33,157 bases of DNA from an uncultured archaeon. Its GTDB lineage: Archaea; Asgardarchaeota; Thorarchaeia; Thorarchaeales; Thorarchaeaceae. The position numbers were made by a program, and so were the translations under genes. The notes beneath the pieces were generated by a model. It had not been told where the DNA came from and did not search any database. It saw nothing but the letters and a program-made list of their open reading frames with translations. The stretch covers positions 1 through 33,157 of the forward strand of contig CAZSWP010000040.1 in NCBI GenBank assembly GCA_964610875.1, given 5' to 3'. Below are positions 18,565-27,911 of the stretch, piece after piece. Numbering within the stretch: position 1 is the stretch's first letter; every line of letters starts with the position of its first letter.

Positions 18565-19875
18565 TTAAATAACATATGAGTCAGTGGTTTCTACATTCAA
18601 ACTTGGGTCATATATCCAGTTGCTCTTGACAACATCAGTTACACTTACAGTATGAGTGCCCGAGCTTACCGCTTGCTGGATAAAGGAAGCGATACCTTCT
18701 GTGTTTGTGATAACAGTCATAGTAACAATAGATCCATCTGGATGGGTCCAATCAATAGTCACTTCTGCATCTGTAACTGGATTGCCTGCTGTATCAAGAA
18801 TCGTTATCAGACAAGTGAGATCAATTGTGGGATAACGACCATGAATTGTCTTCTCACTCCAAGATATATCTGAAACATACATGGTATCTGTTTCACCACC
18901 ACCTCCGCCACTACCTGTGTCAGTGACTCCTGCAGCTGTGGATGCATGATAGATGATCTTTCCAATTGAGTGAGCACCAAGTTGCATCACTTCCACATTC
19001 CATGAGTAGAGCTGGTCGGTTGTTCCTTCAACACTCACGCCATGATGTACGGTGCAAATCTTGTTATTGAAACTATAGACAATCTCTTCAAGAAACTCTT
19101 GATAATGGTCCCCAACATCCTGACCTTCGTAGCCAGTTGTTCTACCAGTCCTATCTGAACCCATGTTGGCATATTCGGCACACCAGAGTGCTTCGTCATA
19201 GGCTGCATTGTTGACTAGATTTATTGTCACGTCTGGACGTATCGCATCGAATTCATATTCATAAGCATCCAGAGCTCTATCTGTGGCTTTCTCATGACAG
19301 CTGTGATAGCTCATTCTGTACATGTAATTTCCAATTCTTCCGCTATAGTCTTCATGTTCTTTCCCAGAGTCGGATGCGTCATCATCAGTATGCATTGGGT
19401 TGGATAAATCTGCGAGATAGTGCGCCAATAGCCCCATTGATTTACGAGCATCAGAAGCATATTGTGAATTCGCTGGTTGTCCTGCGTTTACCCAATAAGT
19501 TAGATTGCCCACTGTCCAATCATAGCAATTCTGTACCGCTTGTGGTCCTCCTCTATCAGGTGGTCCTCCACAGTAGCCATAGTCTCCAAAGTCATAGTTA
19601 TGGTTGGTCCAATCTTGGTAGACCATATCCGGTACTTCAGTCCAGTAAAAATACTCTGCAAGATCTTCTTCAAGCCATGTAACTAACTCTGGATAGTTAT
19701 TTTTCACATATAGCATTCCATATTTTGCAAATTGGTCATGAGTTCCATAATCTGGATTATTCTCATCATTACTAGCTCCACCGTTACTCCACGCAGCGCT
19801 TTGGTTAAAAGTAGCAAACACTGATGAAAATAACAAGCAGAGAACCAATATCACAAATCTTCTCCTAATCCGCAT
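18565..19875 (-). CDS. Secreted zinc-dependent phospholipase C / S1-P1 nuclease-fold enzyme with C-terminal Ig-like domain
   Basis: Signal peptide ending SAA|W gives a mature N-terminal Trp. Zn-ligand motifs GTHD, VPD, NHNY, AHYLADLSNPMH and HSCHE. Gly linker GSGGGGG precedes a beta-rich domain. Confidence 0.8.
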   Translation of the reverse strand: MRIRRRFVILVLCLLFSSVFATFNQSAAWSNGGASNDENNPDYGTHDQFAKYGMLYVKNNYPELVTWLEEDLAEYFYWTEVPDMVYQDWTNHNYDFGDYGYCGGPPDRGGPQAVQNCYDWTVGNLTYWVNAGQPANSQYASDARKSMGLLAHYLADLSNPMHTDDDASDSGKEHEDYSGRIGNYMYRMSYHSCHEKATDRALDAYEYEFDAIRPDVTINLVNNAAYDEALWCAEYANMGSDRTGRTTGYEGQDVGDHYQEFLEEIVYSFNNKICTVHHGVSVEGTTDQLYSWNVEVMQLGAHSIGKIIYHASTAAGVTDTGSGGGGGETDTMYVSDISWSEKTIHGRYPTIDLTCLITILDTAGNPVTDAEVTIDWTHPDGSIVTMTVITNTEGIASFIQQAVSSGTHTVSVTDVVKSNWIYDPSLNVETTDSYVI

Positions 19876-20042
19876 GAAAGTTTCTCCTTTTATTATGTGC
19901 TTTGTTTGTGATATTGGGTAGGATATTAATTTTTTGAGACATCCATAAACAATACATGCATAGAGTTAAATGGTCTGGCACGTAGTTAACAATATCTAAA
20001 AACCGATGAAACATCATCGTCCATGCGAGTGTGAAATAAGAA

Positions 20043-20606
20043 TTGAGTAAAACAAAAGCTGGAATAATTGTCATTGTAATACTTGCCGGACTTGCACTAG
20101 TTCCTATTGCATTATACGGCACAGAAGTTGAAGTTGCATATGTCAGTTTTGGCTTATCCGTGGACAGTCCGTTGTCTACAACAGGTTTCTCCGGATTGGA
20201 TATGTTGCAAATACCGGCATTCACAGCAGGTCTTAGCAATGTTGAAGTCGATGTAGATACAATGAATCCATATGAGTATATGTTAGCAAGAAATACAAAT
20301 CGCACTCAAGTTAGTGGTGCGGATACAACAGGTGTGGCTTTCGTTGAAATATCTATCACCTTCAATTTGACTACTCCCTCCAACCAGAGTTTGGTCTTTG
20401 TCCTTACTCCAGGAAGTGGTCAAGGAACCGGTGACCGAAATATTGTCACACTCCTAGGTCCAGAAGACGGACTCACGATATCTGGAACTTTCCATCTGTC
20501 TATTACCATTACTGTGAAAGTAACACCACCTGGATTTGATGAACCTGTTGTTGATCTTACTCTCGAACCTGTGAATCGGACATTTACGATTCCTAACAAT
20601 CCGTAA
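20043..20606 (+). CDS. Hypothetical N-terminally membrane-anchored beta-rich protein
   Basis: TTG start, N-terminal hydrophobic helix, Thr/Val-rich beta pattern, and a hairpin after the stop. Confidence 0.7.
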   Translation: MSKTKAGIIVIVILAGLALVPIALYGTEVEVAYVSFGLSVDSPLSTTGFSGLDMLQIPAFTAGLSNVEVDVDTMNPYEYMLARNTNRTQVSGADTTGVAFVEISITFNLTTPSNQSLVFVLTPGSGQGTGDRNIVTLLGPEDGLTISGTFHLSITITVKVTPPGFDEPVVDLTLEPVNRTFTIPNNP

Positions 20607-20622
20607 GGTGATGTCTATCATT

Positions 20623-20658
20623 AGGGGGTCAAAATGAATCCCCCTCCTCTTCTATTTC
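20623..20658 (+). terminator. Hairpin followed by pyrimidine tract
   Basis: AGGGGG (20623-20628) / CCCCCT (20640-20645), then CCTCTTCTATTTC. Confidence 0.45.
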
Positions 20659-20739
20659 TACAAAAGAAGCAATGGGTGTATTATTAAAAAAGGTGACGTA
20701 GAATTTATATTATATTCTTACCTCCAGAGATTGATACAA

Positions 20740-21234
20740 ATGAAACGACGTACTCTTGCAATTAATCTACTGCTGGTATTCGTCATGTTGGTTGGATTTC
20801 ATTTCGCACTTCCAGTTGTTTCAGCCTCTTCAGTTTCCATCAACAGTACAAATGACCAAGTTAATGTGACTGTGACTATTCTTGATGCATATTACTGCGA
20901 TGCTGATTCTGATGAAAATGAAGATGATGTTGTTGGCTATTTTGACATTACATTTTCTGGAAATGCTCGATACAATGTGGATATCTATCCTTCTTTGACA
21001 CTGCCCTCAGGTACAGAATATACCTATGCATATGTAGTGAATACACGTCTTGATGTACTTCATTGCGTAATGTATTTCTACAATCATGCAACCGAGTCTG
21101 GTAATTACACGTTTTCCGTTGAAGTGGTGTCCTACACTGGTGGTGTAGCGACAGGTGTAGCTTCTTACGTATTCGATCCACCCGGTGGTTCTGGTGATGC
21201 AGATCCATGTGGTTCACTTGTTGTAATGGATTAG
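20740..21234 (+). CDS. Hypothetical secreted protein (Ig-like, possible Ca-binding acidic loop)
   Basis: Signal peptide MKRRTLAINLLLVF..VSA, acidic loop DADSDENEDD, beta-rich body. Confidence 0.72.
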   Translation: MKRRTLAINLLLVFVMLVGFHFALPVVSASSVSINSTNDQVNVTVTILDAYYCDADSDENEDDVVGYFDITFSGNARYNVDIYPSLTLPSGTEYTYAYVVNTRLDVLHCVMYFYNHATESGNYTFSVEVVSYTGGVATGVASYVFDPPGGSGDADPCGSLVVMD

Positions 21235-21310
21235 ACGAATTACTGGATAAAGGAATACGGTTTCCCCTCAGAGATTCAAGGTAAGATGAAAGAATGTTTC
21301 GAGATGATAA

Positions 21311-22423
21311 ATGAGTATGAATTTGTCTGAACTAGATATGCAAATACTGCATATGTTAGAGATTGAACCAACTATTTCAGTTCGGAAACTTGCTGAAAAA
21401 GTAGAAGCGAGTTGGATTACTATCAATCGACATATTGAGAATCTTGAATCATCGGGGGTTCTTTCAAATCCTATTGCTGTCTTTAATCCAAGAAATCTTG
21501 GTCTAGAAAGACATGTTGTTTTTTTCCAAGTTAGAGATGAAACTCAAATCCAAATACTAGAAGCCATGTGTGATATTCATCCTTATACACATTATCGGAC
21601 TAGAATTTATGGTCCTTTTGCGGGTGTGTTTGCACAGTTTGATATTCCACCAGGAGGTCACTCAAATCTTATCAGACTCATAAAATCTCTTAAAGATCAA
21701 GATTACTGTATAGACTTCAATGAACTGGCAAGCATTGGAAATCGATTCTCAACGCATACAGACCTTAGTTTATTTGATGTGAGAACTCTAACATGGAACT
21801 ATGATTGGGATAGATGGGTAAAGACCTTAGAACAGTCTTCTACTAAAGTGCCAAGGATTCCACGGACATCTCGTACTCCATCTTTGAAAACAGTAGACCT
21901 GGAAATTCTTAGAGAGCTTACCGCCAATGCAAAAGTATCACAAAATAAGTTACAAGAAAAATATGGCGTTTCACAAAGCACAGCTAGTCGTAAGATGATC
22001 AATATAAATGAGTTATTTATCGAATCTATTAGACCACAGATTAATAGGTCGATATTCGATGTGACATCAACTAAGCTTTTCTATTGTGAAAAAGCCTCGG
22101 ATGAGAGCAGAGGGAAAATTTTCAATGCCATGCAAAGCGATGATGCTCCTCCTTTTCCAATGTCTTTAGATTTTTTGGAATATGGTGCTCTTGTCATCTG
22201 GGGTCGGATGCCACCTTCTCACGAACATAAATTGTACTATACATTATGGAAATATCTTCACGACCTCAAAGTATTCACAATGGATACTGTACGCGGTCAT
22301 AGTAGACTCTATTGGTTCTATCCTGAGAACTATGATACAAAAGCGAAGGAATGGAAAGAAGATCAGGAATGGATGATTGATGCTCCACTAAAGGCACTTC
22401 AAAAACATGTCAACGGATCTTAG
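21311..22423 (+). CDS. Tandem (duplicated) Lrp/AsnC-like winged-helix transcriptional regulator
   Basis: Two HTH units, LSELDMQILHMLE..ISVRKLAEKVEASWITINRHIENLESSGVL and VDLEILREL..VSQNKLQEKYGVSQSTASRKM, each followed by an alpha/beta (RAM-like) region. Confidence 0.8.
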   Translation: MSMNLSELDMQILHMLEIEPTISVRKLAEKVEASWITINRHIENLESSGVLSNPIAVFNPRNLGLERHVVFFQVRDETQIQILEAMCDIHPYTHYRTRIYGPFAGVFAQFDIPPGGHSNLIRLIKSLKDQDYCIDFNELASIGNRFSTHTDLSLFDVRTLTWNYDWDRWVKTLEQSSTKVPRIPRTSRTPSLKTVDLEILRELTANAKVSQNKLQEKYGVSQSTASRKMININELFIESIRPQINRSIFDVTSTKLFYCEKASDESRGKIFNAMQSDDAPPFPMSLDFLEYGALVIWGRMPPSHEHKLYYTLWKYLHDLKVFTMDTVRGHSRLYWFYPENYDTKAKEWKEDQEWMIDAPLKALQKHVNGS

Positions 22424-22564
22424 ATGTGAAAAGCTGTAGCCTATCAAGCTCATAGGATACATGATTGAATACGATTAGACTAAGTCAAATAATTCGAGCC
22501 ACTCCCACAAAACTTTATCACATCGTACATACTTATTATCAGATATTCAGTCGAAATAGGTTAG

Positions 22565-25500
22565 GTGCATCATGTGGGTCGATTGAAGGAGATTCTGAAA
22601 AAAGCAGGAAAAGGACTTGTTGTTACTGCGGCAAGCGTCATAGCTGGTGCAACATTGGGTCCTCTTGCTGCAGGTGCTGTTGGCTCATTCTTGTCAAAGG
22701 CAATGGGTGACATTGGAGTCAAGGTCAGTCAAGAAATAATCGATGAAGCCATAGAGGGTAAGATAATGGATGCTCCTCACAAATTGATGGAGCTCGGTCG
22801 CCCACAGGATATCGAAGAAGTTTCTGGAGATATTGCTGCAAAGACGGGATTACCTCAAGAGGAGATAAAGGCGGCACTACAGTACAGTCTTCGAGAACTT
22901 CAGAATTCGCTAGGCGACCTCACAATGGAGTTGCGTGGAAACACGATGCTTCTTGGAGAGGTATTCAAGTTAGCAAATGAATCGGATGCTAAGATTGATG
23001 TTGTTTTGGCTCAATCCCAAGAGACCCAAGATGCAATTGGTGAAGTCCTCAGACGTCTTGATGCAATGGAACGAGGATTAGACATCTCCTATCGAAAGTT
23101 CATCGGCAGTTACTCTGACCCGAAGAAACTGACAGTTGATAGACTTCGGGTGATAAGTAAACTTCAACGTCAGAGGACAATCGTGGCATCTGGCTTTGGT
23201 GTGCGATACGATTCAAATCTCTATGTTCCCCGTCAAGAAGAGGAATCTGTATTTAACAGGTTCATGGGCGACACTGGGATGTCAGATAGGAATATCTTCC
23301 TGGTGCTTGGAAATGCCGGTCTAGGAAAAACATGGTTCATGGCAAAGATGTCTGATTTGAGTCTCGAGATTGGTTCTCCAACCTTCTTTGTACCGCTAAG
23401 TCATGGTATCAAAGCATTGACCTCTGTGTTCCAAGTTGAAACGATTCCGGCATTAGTTGATCTGATTGACCCGCTACTTGATCAAGCTGGAGAACATGCT
23501 TTCATATTTCTCGATGGACTTGATGAGATGGACCCACGAAACATCCGGCATGTTCTAGGTTCTCTAGCTTCTGCTAGAAGTAACTCTGTATCATTCGTCT
23601 TATCATGTCGAGCTGCAGACTGGGCTACTAATCGCTCCATTGTTCAGGGTGCAAATGATCTGAAGTATTACATTTACGAGAACAAGGATGCAGAAGCAAA
23701 CGCACGAGCATTGCGAATCAATACCGCGGTATCTGTACTAATGTCGGAGTTTACTGATTCTGAGCTCCGTGCTGCAATGAAGAGGTATGGTCTTCCAGAG
23801 GAAGTTCCTTTTGATTTACTGCCATTACTTCATCGACCGTACATACTTCGACTTTCAACTGAATGGTATAATCAAGTAGGGTCATTGCCTTCTCCTTCCT
23901 CTCCGGAGTTTCTCGATTTGTTTGCAGGAGGACCAGAATATGCTGACTCAGTCTTCAGACGTTTGGGGATTCTTACGGAACGTGACTCACTATATGCTAC
24001 TGTAGAAAAGCTAATCGAAGCACAGCGTGATTCCCTTCCATTAGGACAATTACCTCTTGATCCTGAGTCTACTACATTCAATACTCTTGTTTCATCAGGT
24101 ATATTACAAATCACTCTTGGTAGAATAGGAACTACAATCTCATTGACACCAGAGTTCACTGTTCCATTGTTCTCCCTAACAATACTTAGACATCAGACTG
24201 ACCCTCCCAAGCTAAAAAAGTTACTCGATGTTGTAAAGGGTTACATGCCAGAACAAGCACCAGTTATTCAGAGGATTGTTGAGGAAATTGTTACACCTTC
24301 TGGCACAAGAATTGAACGTGTTGAACCAGTGATTCCTGAACCTGTAGTTGATGTACCTCATACCCCTACTCCAACCAGAACTGATCCTCCAATAAAGAAG
24401 GGCCTCTTACAGCCTGGAGATAAAGGTGCAACACTGCTTTCAGGTAGAGGTGCTAGTGTGGCTGTTCCTCCTAAAGAGGAACCGGAGCATGTCAGAGAGA
24501 AATCAGGGAAATATCCAGATGATGTAAAACATCTGATCTTTCTATTCAATGATAGAGAGATTCAAGTAAAACGAGCTGCTATGATGGCGCTAGGCATGGC
24601 TGCTTCACGTTTATCTGAATCCGATGCTAGAGTTGAACTTATAGAAGGTTTTCTAGAAGATGGTGATACTGATGTTCGTGTTGGAGCGACTCTTGGTATG
24701 TCAATGGTTGCTGCTACTCTGAAAAATGCAGGTGAAAGAATAGACCTCCTGAAGCCCTTGATTGAGGACTGGGAGTGGTCAGTAAGACGTACAGCTGCTT
24801 TCGGTCTTACCCTCATGGCAACCAAATTGAGTGATGAAGCAAAGAGAGATGAAATCATTAAACCTCTTCTTGAGGCTAGAGATGGACAAGTTAGGAGTGG
24901 CGCAGCTGAGGGTCTTGGTTTTGGTGCAATGTCATATCTAACACCAATGGATGCTCATCCTGTTATCCAACCATTATTGAAGGACAATTTCGAGGGTGTG
25001 AGAAAAGCTGCAGCTTTAGGCTTGGGTCTCTTGACTTCCACTCAAGCTGATTGTGATGCAACGGTTGAGCTTTTGACACCTATTACAAAACTCAAAACCG
25101 GGAAAGAACGGATAGGTGCCATAATGGGTCTTTGTCTTATTGGTAGTCGTCTTCCTGATTGTTCTGGAATTGTCAGGACTGTCACTCCCCTTCTTGAAGA
25201 CATGGATTATGAAGTAAGGAGTGCTTCGGCAATAGGACTGGGTCTTGCAGCCAGTGGTTTACCAGATCCATCGAGTATGTCAGATTTATTGAATCCACTA
25301 CTTTCAGATGATGAACCTGAAGTACAATACAGTGCTGCTTTGGGTCTTGGCCTCATAGCCTCAAAATTACCGAATCCCTCTATCTTCCTGAAGTCGTTAA
25401 TTGAGCACGATATTGAGCATGTTAGAAGTGGAGGTGCGATTGCCTTAGGAATTGTAGGAACACGATTTTCTGACCCCTCAGATATGATAGATCTCTTGAA

Positions 25501-25801
25501 ACCATTGGCGGAGGATACTGAAAGATCGGTCAGAAAAGGTGCTGTCATTGGCTTGTCTCTTGCTGCTACTAAGCTCAGGGATAAAGAAAAGCGGATTGAA
25601 CTGATAACACCATTTGCCAGTGATGAGGATGATGAGATTCGAAAGGCATCTGCTCTGGGACTCGGTATCATTAATACAGAACCCGAACTCGGAATTGGTA
25701 CAGTTCTTGGTGAAGTCTTCTGGGGTACAGCTCCATTGAATCATGATGAATGTATTGCCACCGGTATAGCTGCTAGTCTTTTACTTAGGTATGGACAATA
25801 A
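22565..25801 (+). CDS. STAND/NACHT-like P-loop NTPase with C-terminal 11 x ~36-aa PC/HEAT-like repeats
   Basis: Walker A GNAGLGKT (23309-23332), Walker B FIFLDGLDE (~23501-23527), sensor-1 VLSCR, RPYILRL motif, Pro-rich linker, and repeats with consensus PLLxDxxxxVRxxAAxGLGL. The start may be GTG 22574 (SD AGGTG). Confidence 0.85.
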   Translation: MHHVGRLKEILKKAGKGLVVTAASVIAGATLGPLAAGAVGSFLSKAMGDIGVKVSQEIIDEAIEGKIMDAPHKLMELGRPQDIEEVSGDIAAKTGLPQEEIKAALQYSLRELQNSLGDLTMELRGNTMLLGEVFKLANESDAKIDVVLAQSQETQDAIGEVLRRLDAMERGLDISYRKFIGSYSDPKKLTVDRLRVISKLQRQRTIVASGFGVRYDSNLYVPRQEEESVFNRFMGDTGMSDRNIFLVLGNAGLGKTWFMAKMSDLSLEIGSPTFFVPLSHGIKALTSVFQVETIPALVDLIDPLLDQAGEHAFIFLDGLDEMDPRNIRHVLGSLASARSNSVSFVLSCRAADWATNRSIVQGANDLKYYIYENKDAEANARALRINTAVSVLMSEFTDSELRAAMKRYGLPEEVPFDLLPLLHRPYILRLSTEWYNQVGSLPSPSSPEFLDLFAGGPEYADSVFRRLGILTERDSLYATVEKLIEAQRDSLPLGQLPLDPESTTFNTLVSSGILQITLGRIGTTISLTPEFTVPLFSLTILRHQTDPPKLKKLLDVVKGYMPEQAPVIQRIVEEIVTPSGTRIERVEPVIPEPVVDVPHTPTPTRTDPPIKKGLLQPGDKGATLLSGRGASVAVPPKEEPEHVREKSGKYPDDVKHLIFLFNDREIQVKRAAMMALGMAASRLSESDARVELIEGFLEDGDTDVRVGATLGMSMVAATLKNAGERIDLLKPLIEDWEWSVRRTAAFGLTLMATKLSDEAKRDEIIKPLLEARDGQVRSGAAEGLGFGAMSYLTPMDAHPVIQPLLKDNFEGVRKAAALGLGLLTSTQADCDATVELLTPITKLKTGKERIGAIMGLCLIGSRLPDCSGIVRTVTPLLEDMDYEVRSASAIGLGLAASGLPDPSSMSDLLNPLLSDDEPEVQYSAALGLGLIASKLPNPSIFLKSLIEHDIEHVRSGGAIALGIVGTRFSDPSDMIDLLKPLAEDTERSVRKGAVIGLSLAATKLRDKEKRIELITPFASDEDDEIRKASALGLGIINTEPELGIGTVLGEVFWGTAPLNHDECIATGIAASLLLRYGQ
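24530..25680 (+). repeat. Intragenic array of 11 helical repeats (~108 nt / 36 aa each)
   Basis: Units begin FLFND, GFLED, PLIED, PLLEA, PLLKD, PITKL, PLLED, PLLSD, SLIEH, PLAED, PFASD; one unit is 33 aa. Confidence 0.85.
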
Positions 25802-25986
25802 TCAAGTCTACTTCCTACTCTCGAAAACCTTGAAAGCAACAAAGCTGCTTTTGGTTTCACACTTATGGCAACTAAACTGAGTGATGAATCTAAGAGAAAC
25901 GAAATTATAATACCCCTTCTTCTCTATCTTATCAATGGAAGATGTTTGGATATAATATCGGGAAACTAAAGAAATTTGAGGATTAA

Positions 25987-27891
25987 GTGTCAATCATGAA
26001 AGTATTTCGAAGAATTGTTCTTCCATCACTACTTCTGCTATTATCATTTCAACTTCTAATATCATGCACAACTTCAACTCCTCATTTTGATTCTAAAGCA
26101 TCTACCCCTAACAACTTATCCACTGTTGATTTCCCTTATCCCATAGAGGAGCAGATAGGTGATACTGTTTTTCAAGATGATTTTTCTTCTACGCCACTCG
26201 GATATAATCGTGATATCTGGGAAATCAAATCCTTTGGTGAGCAGACTATTTCTTGGGAAGACAACACTGTCCTAGGGTTAAGTGTTGGGTCCTTTACCCA
26301 TTCTATTTTTTCAAGTTCCACAAAATTTTCCGTTGAAGCAGTAATGCAAGTTTCATTCTCCTTCACTTTTGGAGATTGTTACTTTGGAATTGGATGGGCG
26401 GAGAGGGCTGACACATTAGCAAATGAATATGTAGTTGACTTGAGAAGATCAGAAAACGGCGTCTTCATCGATTATTGGGATGGTAGTCTTTTTCTTACAA
26501 CAATAAAAGATGGAGAACGTGCTGTAGTCAAATCTCGAGAAATAGACCTTAGAAATATGCATACATTCACACTATCTTGGTCTGAATCAATGGTTAGATT
26601 GGAGATTGATGGATTCCAGTCTTTATACATCACGGATTACATTCCTGTTTATGATATGTTTTGTCACTTCACACTTTCTGGAAATCACTATTTATCTGGT
26701 TTCGATACGTTGAGATTAGATTTTATCAAAATTCATAGTCTCGAAGAACCTGAAATGGAGGAACCTGAAGTCCGTCTCTTATGGCCCACCAATAACTCAC
26801 ATCTGTATGAAACTGATCTTATCAATCTTCATCAATTTGGCTCTTCGCAACCTTTGAACTACAGTATTGATGAACAAACATGGCATATGTCGCATAGCCC
26901 GTGGGATATTTCTTGTTCAAATATATCTGGGATGGTAGTTCTTTTTGTCAAGACATTGAATGAACCAGATAATCCAGAACGGTTCATTTTCAACCGGATT
27001 GAGCCTGAGTCCTTTAACATAAGATCAGTCGATTCAAATCTAGCTCAGATTGATGGTGTCAGTAGTCAAAAAGAAATCAATGATTTTGGCAAATCAACTC
27101 TCAATTTCCGTGATGAAGGTGGCTGGAATTCGAGTGGAACTATGGTAGCAGGTTATTCTGGAGATAAACTATACCTATGTTTGGAATATGAAATTAATTG
27201 TGGTTATTATACCCACATTATTCTGTTATTGGATTGTAATTCTGATTCGTTATGGCATCATGGTTCTGAGGTGGACGCAGATGACGTAGCTATCTCTGTT
27301 GCTGCTCCAACCGCTTCAGCAGGTTATTCTAAAGTCATGACATCTCAAGGCTATGAAATTCCAAGCGGGACAATAAAAGGATTGGAAACCGCTTCTGGTT
27401 ATCAATCTGGAGTGCTTTGTACTGAATTCCTTATTCCTCTATCTCTGATGGGTAAAAACAACTCTGACTCAGTTTCCTTTGGTTTGCAAATAGTTGAAGG
27501 AGGAATTGTCCATTCATTCCCTGCATCATTTCAAGAAGATAGTCAAACTCTGACTAGAATCCATCCCAATCAATCAGTACCAATCCTTTTCTCTCTCTAT
27601 AGTATATTCCTGCTAATTTTTGTCAGTTTCATCGGAGTAGCTATTTTCTACTTATTTCAGAGAAATAGATTATTACTATTATCTCGTGGAATAGAGTCAG
27701 ATGTTATTGATCGTTTCGAAACACTTCTTTCTTCATATGATATGATTCCTGTTGAAAAAATCCTACAGATGGTTGACTTGGAAGAAGAGAAATTGGAATC
27801 AGTGATTTCAATTCTAAATAAAAGAAATCAGGCGACTCGAATATTCATAAGGGACCGAGTAATTCATAGGACAATTGTGGATGAGGAATAG
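25987..27891 (+). CDS. Single-pass membrane protein: ConA/LamG-like + Ig-like + CBM9/DOMON-like ectodomain, cytoplasmic winged-helix (PCI-like); paralog 1
   Basis: Signal peptide; 'FQDDF...HTFTLSWSESMVRLEIDG' (ConA-like); 'AQIDG...EFLIPLSLMG' (CBM9-like); TM ~27580-27657; tail LLSSYDMIPVEKILQMVDLEEEKLESVISIL. Confidence 0.75.
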   Translation: MSIMKVFRRIVLPSLLLLLSFQLLISCTTSTPHFDSKASTPNNLSTVDFPYPIEEQIGDTVFQDDFSSTPLGYNRDIWEIKSFGEQTISWEDNTVLGLSVGSFTHSIFSSSTKFSVEAVMQVSFSFTFGDCYFGIGWAERADTLANEYVVDLRRSENGVFIDYWDGSLFLTTIKDGERAVVKSREIDLRNMHTFTLSWSESMVRLEIDGFQSLYITDYIPVYDMFCHFTLSGNHYLSGFDTLRLDFIKIHSLEEPEMEEPEVRLLWPTNNSHLYETDLINLHQFGSSQPLNYSIDEQTWHMSHSPWDISCSNISGMVVLFVKTLNEPDNPERFIFNRIEPESFNIRSVDSNLAQIDGVSSQKEINDFGKSTLNFRDEGGWNSSGTMVAGYSGDKLYLCLEYEINCGYYTHIILLLDCNSDSLWHHGSEVDADDVAISVAAPTASAGYSKVMTSQGYEIPSGTIKGLETASGYQSGVLCTEFLIPLSLMGKNNSDSVSFGLQIVEGGIVHSFPASFQEDSQTLTRIHPNQSVPILFSLYSIFLLIFVSFIGVAIFYLFQRNRLLLLSRGIESDVIDRFETLLSSYDMIPVEKILQMVDLEEEKLESVISILNKRNQATRIFIRDRVIHRTIVDEE

Positions 27892-27911
27892 AACTTAGGG
27901 TGAGATAATCC

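Noticed and set aside
19224-20305. ORFs 19224-19682 (+) and 19865-20305 (-)
   Set aside because: They lie antisense to better-supported genes and show no protein-like motifs.
24562-25744. Minus-strand ORFs of 98, 154 and 88 aa
   Set aside because: These are antisense shadows of the repeat-coding region of the STAND gene.
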